Shown here: positions 49,933-63,325 of the stretch, piece after piece
Layout of the letters: every line of letters begins with the position of its first letter
Position numbering within the stretch: position 1 is the first letter of the stretch
NCBI RefSeq assembly: GCF_018350175.1
Contig: NC_058368.1
Location: forward strand, 226,488,001 to 226,552,000
DNA: 64,000 bases
Direction of reading: 5' to 3'
From: Felis catus
Lineage: Eukaryota
The notes under the pieces: generated by a model
The model's input: only the letters and a program-made list of their open reading frames with translations
What the model was told of the DNA's origin: nothing
Databases searched by the model: none
Translations under genes and position numbers: made by a program

Positions 49933-52900
49933 GTTATCCATTATTCTTTACTACACACCAATTGCGACCATACGTTGGCTACCAACAATACAGCATTAGT
50001 GAAAGCATTCTGGAATAATCAATCAGTCACATCGATTTGGCTACAAAGAACATTGTATAAAATATCTATAATACATGCACAGACATTTTCACTGCTTTCT
50101 AGTATTCCATTATGTAACACAAACTGTCCAATTTCCTGTTAACCAATAAGTGAGTTGTTTCCAGATTTTTTTAAGCAATGCTGGTCCAAATAGTTCCATG
50201 AAAGCTTCCTAGTGCCTATGTGCAATAAATCAGCCACCCAAGGGAACGTACCCTTGGTGATACCTGAGTACCTTGCACCTTGTTCCAGCCCACATTCAGA
50301 TATCCCAGACGCTGCCCAAATGGCCCTATCCCAACTGCAGGGACTGTGTCGTTCTATTTTCTGGGTCTAACCTCTCAGCAGCAGACTGTGCCATGGCTAT
50401 GTGCCCACCTAAGCTTGATGGATAGTTGAAGGCAACCACTGGTGAAGGTTAGGGGTGGAGCCCGGATATGCACGCTGTGATGGCCAAGTGTATATGTGCA
50501 AATTTCCTGTCAGTTTAGAACAAGTTGCGGGATGGCGGGAGTATGAACGAGACACCAAGGTTCCTGGAATTCTAAACTCAAGACCTGGTCTTCCAGGTTG
50601 CTACGAAGATATATTTATCAAGTTTGCAGGACATACTTCATTGTAAGCATGACATATATCTGTTAAATATTTATCACGTGGGAGGTAGGCTTCCATTTGT
50701 ATGCTCACTATGGGCTCTATAGACTGGCTACTAGAGGTATTAAAATATTTCATAATAAAATATTTCTTAGAAAAAAGAAATACGCTAAGTGCACAATGAT
50801 GTACATTCTCAGGCAACACTTGTAATTTTTATAATAGCAAAACATCCACTATTAATAAGTTTATGATATATTTTTTAATGATCTAGCTAGGCAAAAAATA
50901 GCGTATAATGCAATCCTACCTAACAAGCATTCTTATCTGGCTGAAATACGTCTGGGAAAGTATCACTGAAATGCTAACAACTCAAAAAAAAAAAAAAACA
51001 ATACAAAAAATGGAGGGGTGGGGGGTATGAGGAAATAAAAGCAATATGAAAATCAACATTAACTGTGAAGGAGAGCTGAGGAATTGACACAGGTGGGAAG
51101 GTCTGAGAGTCAAAATAGATATTCTCTGTCTTTTTGTAAGTTGGGGAATTTTTTTTTTTGTATTATCAGAGGAACTGAAGGCAGTGCAGAGAGGCAAGAA
51201 AGGGGAAGGAAGAAAAGGAGGGAAAGAGAGAATATAAATAATCTCATTTGAATTACAAATAACAAGGTAGGACCTACAATGAGTCATTTTTCTCCTATTT
51301 TTTTAAATCTTTGTTTGCCATGATTTTAGGCAGAACTTTTGGAGAATTTGTGAATGATCTTACTGACACATGCTGTAGCTAACCTCACAAGCTTGCAGCT
51401 TTTTAGAAAGTCACTTTAAATACTCACAAGTCTCTTGAAATCACATGCCTAAAAGAATTTAGAAGGAGACTGTTTTCTTTGATAGCACTGATCTCACACC
51501 GAAAAGCAAGTCTTTGAAAATCCAGGATAAGGTCCATAAGCAGAAAATGAAAGGAAAATTTACCTAGTCCTTATAATAAAATAAAAGATGAGCTCCAGGG
51601 ATGTGTGTGAATGAGCATTCACAAAGCTCTTACCAAACAGTCTCAATCATAAAAGCAAATAGGTAATTTTGAAATTTACGATAGGATCACTTTAAAAGCA
51701 AAATACTCAAGAATTAAAAACAGATATCACGATACTACAGAGGAAGTTGCACCAGGAATATAACTTAATAGAGGAAGAAAAAGATACTACATTTGAAAAC
51801 TATTTTCAATCATATGTCTCACTTGACTCACTGTTGCCTTTATTTAACAAATAATTTGCACTGTAAAAACATCCATCGTGTTCCAGAACAAGCTTATTCT
51901 CTAAGCCTATTATACGAGGTCTTAGAATGTTGGCATTTTTCTCCCAGATTCTTTTTTCAGAGAAGCAGGGGTAACTACCAATTTAAGTGAAAAACCTCAT
52001 ATTAACCTGTTACAATAATCGTTGCGTGATTGCATAATATTATACTCCTTCCAATAAACCAGTTTGAAAGACAACGGATTAAAAAAGATAGTAGCTGATG
52101 ACATTCCTGCTAAAGCCAGTGGCTCAGTGTTCATAATGATGGGTCATAGTAGGAAAATTAATCGTTGACCAACACGTTTCAGATAACAAAGATTGCTGAA
52201 TTTATTAAGTGGGAGAGAAAAATAAAATTAGCTAGCTATAAATGCAAAATCAGGCTTCCAATTTAAAACATATTAAGTTTTAATGAATTATTAAATGGTT
52301 TCCAAATAGGTACAAACTACATGCATATTTCCAAGGGTTCGCAATAGAAATGGATCATGTAATGAGGCACAATGTGGCTTTATAACACCATTTTAAGCAT
52401 GGAGAAAAGTCAAGTAATTTACTCAGTCATCCAAGGTAAATATAATCAAAGCTTAATGTTTACAACACGGAAGTTGCTAATTAGTTATCTTCCACCTGAT
52501 TCTTGAACGTTTTCAGGAAAAGATTCAGAGAAGACCATAAGGAAAATGTCCTGTGGGCATCCATAACGTGGGCTTTTTATTACTATATTTTAAAGATGAT
52601 GCTAATAGTCATGATTGCTAACAAATGACTGATTGAGTGTCGGTATTATCGTTTATTGCTAACATCCTACATTCTGCATTGCAATTCAATAGAGATGGTG
52701 AATTGAGATCGGGAAACTGGGGCGATTCCTCAGGGTGACTTCAGTACACGGCCCAGTGCCTGGCACAGAAGTGATGATCATGTTTGTTGAACAAACAAGT
52801 ATCAGTAGCTACTAGATGTTGAATAGGCGCTCAACCTCCCACCTGCCGAGTCTTTTCCAGCTGGTGGATGGACTTCAGTGGAGTAGCCTTCTTGCTTCAG

Positions 52901-53269
52901 AATCTCCCACTGCTGTTCTCTGTCCTTGCAAGGAGGGTCCTTGAGAATTCTGCTGAATTCTTCCATGATCATTGGTCTACATCAAAGCAAGTTACCTTGA
53001 CATGAATCATTCCTGCAGAATGTCTGACATTTCCTGGAGTCGGTGGTATAGATTTTAATTGACAAATAAATGTCCACCCTTGTTAAGACTTTAGAAAGAT
53101 AAAGACACTCATAAAAGACCTAACTGTTCAGCTGGTAGGGAAAAGCAATAAAATTGTCACCTGAAAAGGATTTGTTTCAATCCATTTGATTGTACTTCTG
53201 GATGCTATCTGTCACATTCTGAAATGCAGGATGGAATAAAGAAAAATAAATGCCCTTCATTTGCAGGAC

Positions 53270-53440
53270 GTAATATATTGCAGTGGTAAAAGCAAGACTT
53301 TATTATCGGACCAACTGCCACCTATTAACTTAGCCTTAGAATTTTCCTTCTCTGCCAAATAAGATAATAGTACCTGCTACAGGGCTCTTGTGGTGACTGT
53401 AGGAGATCATTGTAGGCAGTTCACCTGGCATATGTCAGAA
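53270..53440 (+). mobile_element. MIR relic
   Basis: ctctgccaaataagataatagtacctgctacagggctcttgtggtg. Confidence 0.6.
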
Positions 53441-54329
53441 ACATCATATTTTTCCGTAAGGAAACAAAGGGGAGTGTGAGGTCAAACACACAAAGAAATC
53501 TTTGAACCTTTGCTGTTCCTCAGAGTAGTGTGGGGATCCTTTTAAAACTGGTCTCGGGATAACTATTAAGATGGCTACAGTGCTCAGAACAACTGGTTTG
53601 AGTCAATTCCTGGGAAGTAAGTAATGATATCCCCTGAGCTTACAATTCCATTCTGAATTGGGTTCCAAGGGAAAAAAATCCAGATTTCAGTAGGGAAGTG
53701 TGGCCAACGTGCTTGGACAAAATTCTAGGTTTATCCTTGGGTGAAGGCCACAAACAGAAATGGTTTAGCGTTGTTTAAAATGATGGAGAAGCCCTTTTGT
53801 GACCAGTCTTTTTATCACCTTTAGTCACTCAGAATTCTGTCTCCCCAGTACACATTCATGAGAACTTCAAGTGATCTTAATGTTTAAAGAAAAAGAAAAA
53901 GGTCATTTATGTTTCCTCAACACTGCAAAATTGCACTGATGATATTTATTTTAAACACTATGTATTTTTCCCTTAGCGGAAAAGCCCATTATTATTACAG
54001 CTGAAAGCAATAACTTTCAAACTGGGAAACATTTCCAAATCAAAAACTTGTGATTATCACCATGCGTGGATGACTGGCTGTGTGATTTTATTTGTTTGTA
54101 TATTTGACAGGCATCCCTTAAAGGGTCAAACGTATATGAAGACATATTTATTTAGCTAGCCTTCGACTGCCCTTGTTTATAATTACCAAAATATCCAAAA
54201 CTTATAAAGGATTAGGACAGATTATTTATTTTAGTAGCTTGGGGATTTTCCACTTCAGTTTATCCGAACCTTAACTAATAATCCACCCAAAGCCAGGGAA
54301 AAAGACACTTTGGGACTTGTTGCCTTTTT

Positions 54330-55230
54330 CTCCCCAACATTTTGTTTTGAAAACTGTCAAACCTATGGAAGAAATGGAAGAACAGTATAACATATGTCTA
54401 TATACCAAGATTTACCAATTGTTAACATTTACCACATTCTTTCTCTCTCTCATTTACATCTGCCTATAGATGTATGCATACGAGTGTATGTGCATATATA
54501 TGTATATATGTATGCACAGGTACCCACACAGGTACAGATTCTCTTATTCTGAATTAATTGAGAGTCAGTGGCAAATCTTATTACTCTGTATCTCTAAAAT
54601 ATTTCAGCATTGGGGCGCCTGGGTGGCTCAGTCGGTTAAGTGCCCGACCTCGGCTCAGGTCATGATCTCACAATTCGTGAGTTGGAGCCCAGCATCGGGC
54701 TCTGTGCTGAACAGCTCAGAGCCTGGAGCCTGCTTCCGATTCTGTGTCTTCCTCTCTCTGACCCTTCCTCACTCACGTCTGTCTCTCTCTCAAAAATAAA
54801 TAAACATTAAAAAAAAGAAAAGAAAGAAAAGAAAAGAAAAGAAAAGAAAAGAAAAGAAAAGAAAAGAAAAGAATTCAGCATGTACCTTCCATGAAGGATA
54901 TTAGCCCATACCACATCAATATAATTATCACACACAGAAAATTTAACAATAATCTGATACTCTTAACATACACTCTATATTTAAAGTTTTTCCCATTGAG
55001 GCAGTAATGCCCTGTAAAACTGAGAAATTTTATTTTTGAATTCGGGAGCTGATCAAGGATCCTTTATTCTGGAACATTTCCATAGGCTCGTTGGCTTTCA
55101 GGACACTGGCAATATTTTTCAAGAGCCCATGGCATTGTTTTACACAACAAGCCTCCATCTGGGTCCATCTGTTTTCTCACACCTAGTTTCAGGTCACACA
55201 TCTTTGGCAGGTGCACCTCAGAAGCGATGT
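54330..55230 (-). mobile_element. Old L1MC-like 3' fragment
   Basis: ttttgttttgaaaactgtcaaacctatggaag...gatttaccaattgttaacattttaccacatt...cacatcaatataattatcacac. Confidence 0.6.
54612..54873 (+). mobile_element. CanSINE with (AAAAG)n tail
   Basis: Full body; TSD ttcagcat; pentamer tail at about 54815-54873. Confidence 0.97.
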
Positions 55231-55477
55231 TGAGCAACTTCTTGTGTCTCTCTTTACGTGATTAGGATCTCAGCTTTTCACTCACCTTTTCTTACTCAGC
55301 CAAATGTACAATGTCAAGGGGGTAAGCAAGCACTTTTAGTTGAGCTTCTTATTAGGCTCATGACCTGACCACCAGTCTGCAACATCATTAGACATCTGAA
55401 GTGGAGTGAGTCCAGAGAGAATTAAAAAGGGGAATGGTTTGGTACTCAGCACTCATTCATTAAAAAAAAATTTTTGT

Positions 55478-55694
55478 TAATTTTTTTTTTTTACATTTAT
55501 TTTTGAGAGACAGAGAGAGACAGAGCATGAGCGGGGGAGGGGCAGAGAGAGAGAAGGAGACACAGAATCTGAAGCAGGCTCCAGGCTCTGAGCTGTCATA
55601 ACACAGCCGGACACAGGGCTCGAACCCACAAACTGTGAGATCATGACCTGAGCCAAAGTAGGATGCTCAACCGACTGAGCCACCCGAGCGCCCC
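55478..55694 (-). mobile_element. CanSINE (nested in the tail of 55695-55902)
   Basis: Reverse body ending gagccacccgagcgcccc. Confidence 0.95.
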
Positions 55695-55902
55695 AAATGT
55701 TTATTTTTTTTTGAGAGAAAGAGAGACAAAGTGTGAGCGGGAAAGGGGCAGAGAGAGAGGGAGACCCAGAATCCGAAGCAGACTCCAGGCTCTGAGCTGT
55801 CAGCACAGAGCTCGACTGATGCGGGGCGCGAACCCACGAACCACAAGATCGTGACCTGAGCCGAAGTGGGACGCTTAACCGACTGAGCCACTCAGGCGCC
55901 CC
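55695..55902 (-). mobile_element. CanSINE (host of the pair)
   Basis: Outer TSD agcact(c/t)attcatt (55448-55461 / 55903-55916). Confidence 0.95.
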
Positions 55903-58309
55903 AGCACTTATTCATTGTAAACAAATATCCCTAGAAGAGTTTGTGATTGAGTCTCAGTGGAATTCTACTTTGCCTATCTGCTGGGTGGATGGAAGTATAT
56001 ATACACTGTCAAACCAGGCCAAGGACACAGTCTTCATACCTACAAGACATCAGAATACAAGGAGCAGGTATTCCTGAGAGCCTGAAAGAAGACAGAAATA
56101 CACTGCCAAACACAGCTCTCCAGACCAAGTGGTCCATTCAAGGAAGCCCCGCCAATGCATAGCGCCTTATATGGCAGATTATTTAAAGTAGAATCAATCC
56201 ATGTCAGGAGACTCTAGACTTGCTTTCTAGATAAGTCTTTGAAGAAAATAAAAATGCTTAATCACCTGGAATAGTTAGGTGAAGTCAAGCCATAGCCAAA
56301 ACTGTTCAGGAATACTGCCTAATTATACTTTGCTTCCAAGACATTGATTAAACGTTATTATCAAATACGATTTTTTAAAACATAAATGGCAACCACTAAG
56401 CAAATCTGGAAATTAGAGTGGATTGCATTCTCCAAAATATTAAGGGAAGGAAAAAAATTTTTAATTAAATAAAAAAAGAAATACTAAGGAAGGGGGTGAA
56501 CACTTGCTGTAACTTAAATGGTAAAATGAAAACAAGGATTCTGTTGTAAGCCCCCAGCATATTTTTCAGTATAATGTCATACACCTATACTAAAATCCAA
56601 AGGGTCTTTTTTCAGAAGTGGGCAAATCCAGCAGGCAGAAAATAAGTACACAGCTGAACTGAATAACACCAAATTGACATCTATAGGCTACCTCATCCAA
56701 CAACAGCAGAATATGTATCTTCTCAAGCTCATATGGAACATTCACCAAGGTGGATCACATTCTGGGCCATAAAACACCCTGACAATTGTAAAAGGATACT
56801 CATATACAATGTCTGCTCTCAGACCACAATAGATTTAAACTAGAAATCAGTAAAAGAGAAATAATAGGAAAACCCCCAAATATGTAGAGATTAAACAGTA
56901 TACTTGTACATAATACAAGGGTGCGAGAAGAAATCTCAAGAGCATTTTAAAAATACTTTTAACTAGATGAAAATAAAAACACAATTTGTCACAATCTGTG
57001 GGAGCAAAAGCAATGCTTAGAGGGAAATTTATAGTATTGAATGCACAGATTAGAAAAGATCTAAAATCAATAACCGAAGTTTCCACCTTAAAACCTATAA
57101 AAAGAGGAAATTAAATCCAATGTAAGCAGAAATAAAATAAAATTAAATTAAATTAATAAAATTAAAATGATCCAAAGCAAGCAGAAAAAAAGAAATAAGA
57201 AGCACTAGAGCAGAAATCAATGAAATTATAAACAGGAAGTCAATAGGGAAAATCAACAAAACCAAAAGCTAGTTCTTCAAAAACATCAAAAGAATTCATA
57301 AGCATCTAGCCAAGGTAACTAAGAAAAAAGAGAGAGGACATAAATTAATACTATTAGAAAAGGGGGGACATCATTACAGATTCTCATGGAAACTGAAAAC
57401 ATAATAAGAGAATATTATGAACAACTCTATCCTCACAAATTTGATAACCTAGATGAAACAGACCAATTCCTTGAAAGACAGAATCTACCAAAACTCACAC
57501 AGGAAGAAATAGATGATCTGATTAGGCCTATCTCTGTTAAATAAATTGAATTAATGATGAATCATCTTCTAAAACCAAAAGCACCCAGCCCAGATGAGTT
57601 CACCAGTGAATTCTACCAAACCTTTAAGGAACAAATTATACCAAGTCTACAATCTCTTTCAGAGGATAGAAGCAGAGGGAATACTTCCTAACTCATTTTT
57701 TTGAGGCCAGCATTACCCTAATATCAAAACTAGACAAAGATAGAACAAGAAAAAGAAACAACAGACCAATATCTCTCATGAACATAGATGCAAAAATCCT
57801 CAACAGAATATTCGCAAACTGAATCCAAAAGAGTATAAAAAGTACACACTATGACCAAGTGGGATTTATCCCAGGTGTGCATAACTGGTCCAATACTCAA
57901 AATTCAATTAATGTAATCCATCACATACATCAACAGACAAAAAAGGAAAATCACATGATCATATCAATAGATACAGAAAAAGGATCTGGCAAAATCTAAG
58001 ACACATTCATGATGAAAACTCTGAGTAAATTAGGAATAGAGGGAACCTTTCTCAACTCGCTAAGGACTATCCACAAAAATACCTATAGCTAACATCATAC
58101 TTAGTGGGATGAAACTCACAGCTTTACTATTAAGATCAAGTACAAAGCAAGAATGTCCCTTTCACCACTCCTTTTCAACATCGCACTGGATGTTGCTAAT
58201 GCAATAAGGCAAGGAAAAGAAATAAAAGGTATATATATTGTGAATGAAGACTTAAAACTGTCTTTGTTCACAGATGCCATGATCGTTTACATAGACAAGC
58301 CAAAAATAT

Positions 58310-59420
58310 TGGGAAACATAAGCAAAAATAAACTATTGGGACTTCATCAAAATAAAAAGCTTCTGCACAGCGAAGGAAGCAATCAACGAAACTAAAAGCA
58401 GCCCACAGGATGGGAGAAAATATTTGCAAATGGCATATTGGGTAAAGGGTTAGTCTCTAAAATCTATAAAGAATTTATAAAACTGAATACCCAAAAAGCA
58501 AATAATCCAGTTAAAAAATGGACAGAAGACATGAACAGACATTTTTCTAAAGAAGACATACAGATGGCCAACAAGCATATGAAAAGATGCTCAATATCAC
58601 TCATCATCAGGAAAATACATCAAAATTGCAGTGAGATGTCACCTCACATCTGTCAGAATGGCTAAAATCAACAACACAGGAAACAACAGGTGCTGGCAAG
58701 AATGGAGAGAAAAGGGGAGCCATCTTAAACTGTTGGTGGGAATGCAAACTGGTGCAGCCACTCTCCAAACAGCATGGAGGTTCCTCAGAAAGTTTAAAAA
58801 GAAAGTTAAAAAAATACCCTATCATCCAGCAATTGCTCTCCTAGGTTTTTACCCAAAGGATACAAAAACACTGATTCAAAGCAATACATGCAACCAATGT
58901 TTATAGCAGCATTATCAACAATAGCCAAATTATGGAAAGAGCCCATATGTCCAGTGACTGATGAATGGATAAAGAGGATGTGATTCTATATAAAACAACA
59001 GAATATTAATAAGCCTTAAAAAAGAATGAAATCTTGCCACTTGCAATGACATGGATGGAGCTAGAGAATATTATGCTAAGTGAAAGAAGTCAGTCAGAGA
59101 AAGACAAGTACCATAGGATTTCACTTATATGTTGAATTTAAGAGGGAAAAAATGAACATAGGAGAAAGGAAAAAGAGGCAAACCAAGAAACAGCCTTAAA
59201 AAAAAAAGAAATAGACTCTTACCTATAGAGAACAAAGTGATGGTTATTGGAGGGGAGGTGGGCATGGGGGATGGGATAAATAGGTGATGAGTATTAAGGA
59301 GGGCGTTTGTGATGAACACAGGTGTCATATGTATGTGATGAATCACAAATTCTACTCCTGAAACTAATATTGCACTGTTAACTAGCTGGAGATTTTTTAA
59401 AAAATTGGGAAAATAAAAAA
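58310..59420 (+). mobile_element. Younger 5'-truncated carnivore L1 nested in the old L1
   Basis: ORF2 C-terminal peptides ([46 protein letters not shown]) and carnivore 3'UTR; TSD ccaaaaatat (58300-58309 / 59428-59437). Confidence 0.9.
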
Positions 59421-59458
59421 ATAAAATCCAAAAATATCAACAGAAATCTCTTGGAATA

Positions 59459-59669
59459 GGGGTGCCCGGGTGGCTCAGTTGGTTAACTGTCCTACTTCAG
59501 CTCAGGTCATGATCTCACTGCTCATGAGTTCAGGCCCCATATTGGGCTCTGTGCTGACAGCTCAGAGCCTGGAGCCTACTTCGGATTCTGTGTCTCCCTC
59601 TCTCCATCCCTTCCCTGTTCATACTCTGTCTCTCTGTCTCTCAAAAATAAACATTAAAAACAAAAAGAA
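59459..59669 (+). mobile_element. CanSINE (older)
   Basis: Full body with CpG decay; no right-hand TSD visible. Confidence 0.95.
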
Positions 59670-59882
59670 GGGGCGCCTGGGTGGCGCAGTCGGTTAAGCG
59701 TCCGACTTCAGCCAGGTCACGATCTCGCGGTCCGTGAGTTCGAGCCCCGCGTCAGGCTCTGGGCTGATGGCTCAGAGCCTGGAGCCTGTTTCCGATTCTG
59801 TGTCTCCCTCTCTCTCTGCCTCTCCCCCGTTCATGCTCTGTCTCTCTCTGTCCCAAAAATAAATAAACGTTGAAAAAAAAAA
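59670..59882 (+). mobile_element. Young feline CanSINE (SINEC_Fc-type)
   Basis: Differs from the 46610 copy at about 3 positions; no TSD visible. Confidence 0.98.
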
Positions 59883-60162
59883 TCCAATGCCATTTACATT
59901 AGCACCCTCCAGAAATAAAACACTTGAGAATAAGTCTAACAAAATATGTACAGGATCTGTATGAGGAAAACTACAGAACTCTGGTGAGTGAAACCAAAGA
60001 AGACTAAATAAATGGAGACATTCTGTGTTCACAGATGCAAAGACTCAATACCAAGATGTCCGTTCTTCTCAACTTCATCTATAGATTCAATGTAATCACA
60101 ATAAAAAAAACCAGGAAGTTATTTTATGATATCAATAAACTCTTTCTAAAGTTTATACATTC

Positions 60163-60372
60163 AGGGACACCTGAGTGGCTCAGTTGGTTAACCATTTGAT
60201 TTCATCTTGGGTCATGATTTCATGGTTTGTGAGTTCAAGCCCTGCGTCAGGCTCTGTGCTGACAGCTCAGAGCCTGGAATCTGCTTGAGATTCTGTGTCT
60301 CCCTATCTCTCTCTGCCCCTCCCCTGCCCTCTCTCTTTCTCTCTCAAATATAAAAATTTTTTTTTTAATTTT
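60163..60372 (+). mobile_element. CanSINE
   Basis: TSD aagtttatacat(t/c)ca. Confidence 0.95.
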
Positions 60373-63049
60373 TAAGTTTATACATCCAGAACAGCCAATA
60401 CAATAATAAAGTAAAACAACAAATTTGGAACAGTGACACTCACTCATTTCAAGACTTAATAGAAACTATACTAATCAAGACAGTGTGGTATATGGGTGAA
60501 AGAGAAGACAAAAAGATCAATGGAACAGAATGGAGAGCCTAAAAATAGATCCCTATAAACACAGTCAACTGATCTTTGCCAAAGGAGTAACGGGAATGAT
60601 ACAATGGAATAAAGATAGTGTCTACTGCTGAGACAACTGATAACCACATGAAAAAAAAGGAAAAAAAAAAAAGAATCGAGACACAGGCCTTACATCTTTC
60701 ACAAAAATTAACTCAAAGTGGATCATGAACCCAAATGCAAAAACACAACTATGAAACTCCTAGAAAGAGAAGACAGGAGAAAACCTATATTGATCTGAGA
60801 TGCAACACCAAAGGCAAAATCCATGAGAAAATAATTAATAAGATGAATTTTGTTTAGAGTAAAAAAACTCTCTTCTGTGAAAGACAATTATCAAGAAAAT
60901 AGTGAGACAAGTTACAGACTCAGAGAACATACATGTAAAAGGTGCGCTTGACAAAGGGCTGTTATCCAAATATACAAAGAACACTTAAAAATCAATAATA
61001 AAAAAAAAACCAAACAACCCATTCAAAAAATAGACAGTAACAGACCTTAACAGACACCTCAACCAAGAAGATACACAGATGGCAAAAACACTCATGGAAG
61101 CTTCTGTCATCAGAGAAATACAAATTAAAACAACCATGAGATTGCACCACACACCTATGATAATGGCCAAAATCCAGTAAACTGAAACGCTGACAAGGAT
61201 CGTGGGGCTACAAGAATTCTCATATACTGGTAACAGGAACGCAAAATGTCCTTTTCGAAGGGAGTTTGGTGGTTCCTTACCAAGCTAAACATACTTTTAC
61301 CATACAATCAGTGCTCCTTAGTAATTCCCCAAGGGAACTGAAAGCTTACGTCCACACAAATGTCTGCATACGGGTGTTTATAACAGCTCTATCCATAACT
61401 GCCCAAACTCTGAAGCAACCAAAGTATCATTCAGTGGGTTAATGGACAAATGAACTGTGGTCTGTGGTCTATCCAGACAATGGAATATTACTCAGTGCTT
61501 TAAAAAATGAGCTATCAAGCCATGGAGGAACCTTTACTGTACGTTCCTAAGTGAAGAAAAGCCAATCTGAAAAGGTTACAGGCTATATGATTCCAACCGT
61601 CTGACATCCTGGAAAAGGCAAAAGTATGGAGATGATAAAAAAAGACAAGTGGTTGCCAAGAGTGTGTATAGGGGGGAAGAGATGAATGGGAACAGCACAA
61701 AGAATTTTTAGGGCAGTGAAATACTCTGTGTGATATTATAAGGATGGAATTTGTCCAAACCCATAGAACGTACAATACCCAAACTGAACCCTAAAGTGAA
61801 CTGTGCGCTTTGGGGAATTCTGATGTGTCAATGTCAGTTCATCCCAGATTTAAAAAAAATGCACCTGGTGAGTGATGTTGATAATTGGGAGGGGCGGGGG
61901 CTATCTCTACACCTGCCTCGATGCTGTTATAAATTAAAAATGTCCTAAAAAAATTAAGTCTTTGAAAAATCCAGAGAAGGCTCAAATTAAGCAAAATCTA
62001 GCAAGCGAATAAGCCAGAAATATTTATTATTATACTTAAGTATTAGGAGCTATAAATAAATTATAAGCTAGTTTCTGAATATGAGCACCTATGATTTGGT
62101 AGGATGCATGCAAAAATCAAGTAAACAGCAAAGCTTCATGTGACATTAATTAACTAACCAACATATAGGCCAGAGGATGTTAGGAAAAGTTGCAGAGGGA
62201 AGTGATAGATAGCAATGCATGACTGACCAGAGGGTGGGCAGAATTGGATCTAAGCTGTTAAGGTCGGAGTCAGTATGACAGGCAAGGAGGAAGGGAGAAG
62301 AAAGCCAACAGGCACAGGAAGGGGGTCGCTGTCACATCATCCTAATATAATAAATACGATGGGGACAAAACTGTCTGTGGCAAGCCAGGTATAAGCTGGC
62401 TGCTTCAACTTGCCGCACATATACAGATGTTTGGGATCAGGTTCACACAAGCACAAAGTTCTCCTGTAAGACATGAGCCTAAAAAGAATCCCCGTGGGCA
62501 GCCATTTCTTTGGCCAAAAGTCACACCGTCTGTAGAGTTCTCCTCTGCCGAGAGAACATTTGCCTCAAGAGAGATGTCCCAGGGAGAAATGATAAACAAA
62601 AGAGCGTTAGCAATCCTGAAAGCTGTACACAAAAACATGGTTTTACAGTTTAGTGTCATCCTCTGTAGACAGTGCTGGATGGGATACATTTTGATGAGAT
62701 GTGCACATTCTTAGAAATGCTGGCTGCTTTGTGAAAATACAATACGATCTTGTCGCTGGAGCAAATCTAGTCTGAGTACTCGAGCACAACTATTTACACT
62801 CCTGAAGCACAGCTTTCGCAACGGGCAAACACTGAGGAATTAGAGATAACTGTGGAGTCTTAATAATGAGCTTGACCTTTACAGATTAAAAATCGTACTG
62901 TCGCTGGCTGGAGAACAAACCACGGGCCACTGGCGAATGTTCTATAGTTAGTTCACTGGGTCATGTGGCACACTTAAATCGAAACAGATTCCAGGACATG
63001 ATGAAATATAAATTAAATGAATACATAGTGATGAGACACAGGTTTATAC

Positions 63050-63272
63050 CATGTTATCAGCAAGCTACAGCCCATGGGCCAAATCCGGTCTATTACTTAT
63101 TTTTATAAATAAAGTTTTATTGGAATGCAGCCATATCTGCTTATTTACATGTTGTCTCTGGCTGTTTTCTTGCTACATGACAGAGTTGAGTAGTTGCGAC
63201 AGAGACCATATGGCCCACAAAGCGTAAAATATTTACTATCCGGTCCTTCACAGAAAAGATGGCCAAGTCCTG
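63050..63272 (+). mobile_element. MER58A
   Basis: cagcaagctacagcccatgggccaaatccgg...aataaagttttattggaatgcagcc...ggcccacaaagcgtaaaatatttactatc. Confidence 0.9.
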
Positions 63273-63325
63273 GCCTCTGCTTTTAATTGTCAGGGCCTTC
63301 CTTAATTTCTCTTCCCGAAAATATG

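Larger units (their letters stand above)
48772..50070 (+). mobile_element. MER63-like (hAT-Blackjack) element interrupted by two SINEs
   Basis: ggccattattaaaag...actcaaaactcatcacttc...gagtatttataccacagaaatt...acaaatcagggctt...caattgcgaccatacgttggctac. Confidence 0.8.
56608..61965 (+). mobile_element. Old L1 (L1MC1-like), ORF2 to 3'UTR, with nested insertions
   Basis: ORF2 reverse-transcriptase-like motifs (agaccaatatctctcatgaacatagatgcaaaaatcctcaac; [12 protein letters not shown]); 3'UTR ccaaacccatagaacgtacaat...aaccctaaagtgaact; many stops. Confidence 0.92.

Noticed and set aside
17342..53606. Scattered AP-1 (TGAGTCA/TGACTCA) motifs
   Set aside because: The number seen is about what chance predicts for a 7-mer in 64 kb, and they are not clustered.
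281..60372. tRNA-like A/B boxes (TGGCTCAGTCGG, GTTCGAGCC) and many dispersed near-identical repeats
   Set aside because: These are the tRNA-derived heads of CanSINEs. They are not tRNA genes, and their irregular spacing, poly-A tails and TSDs rule out a CRISPR-like array.
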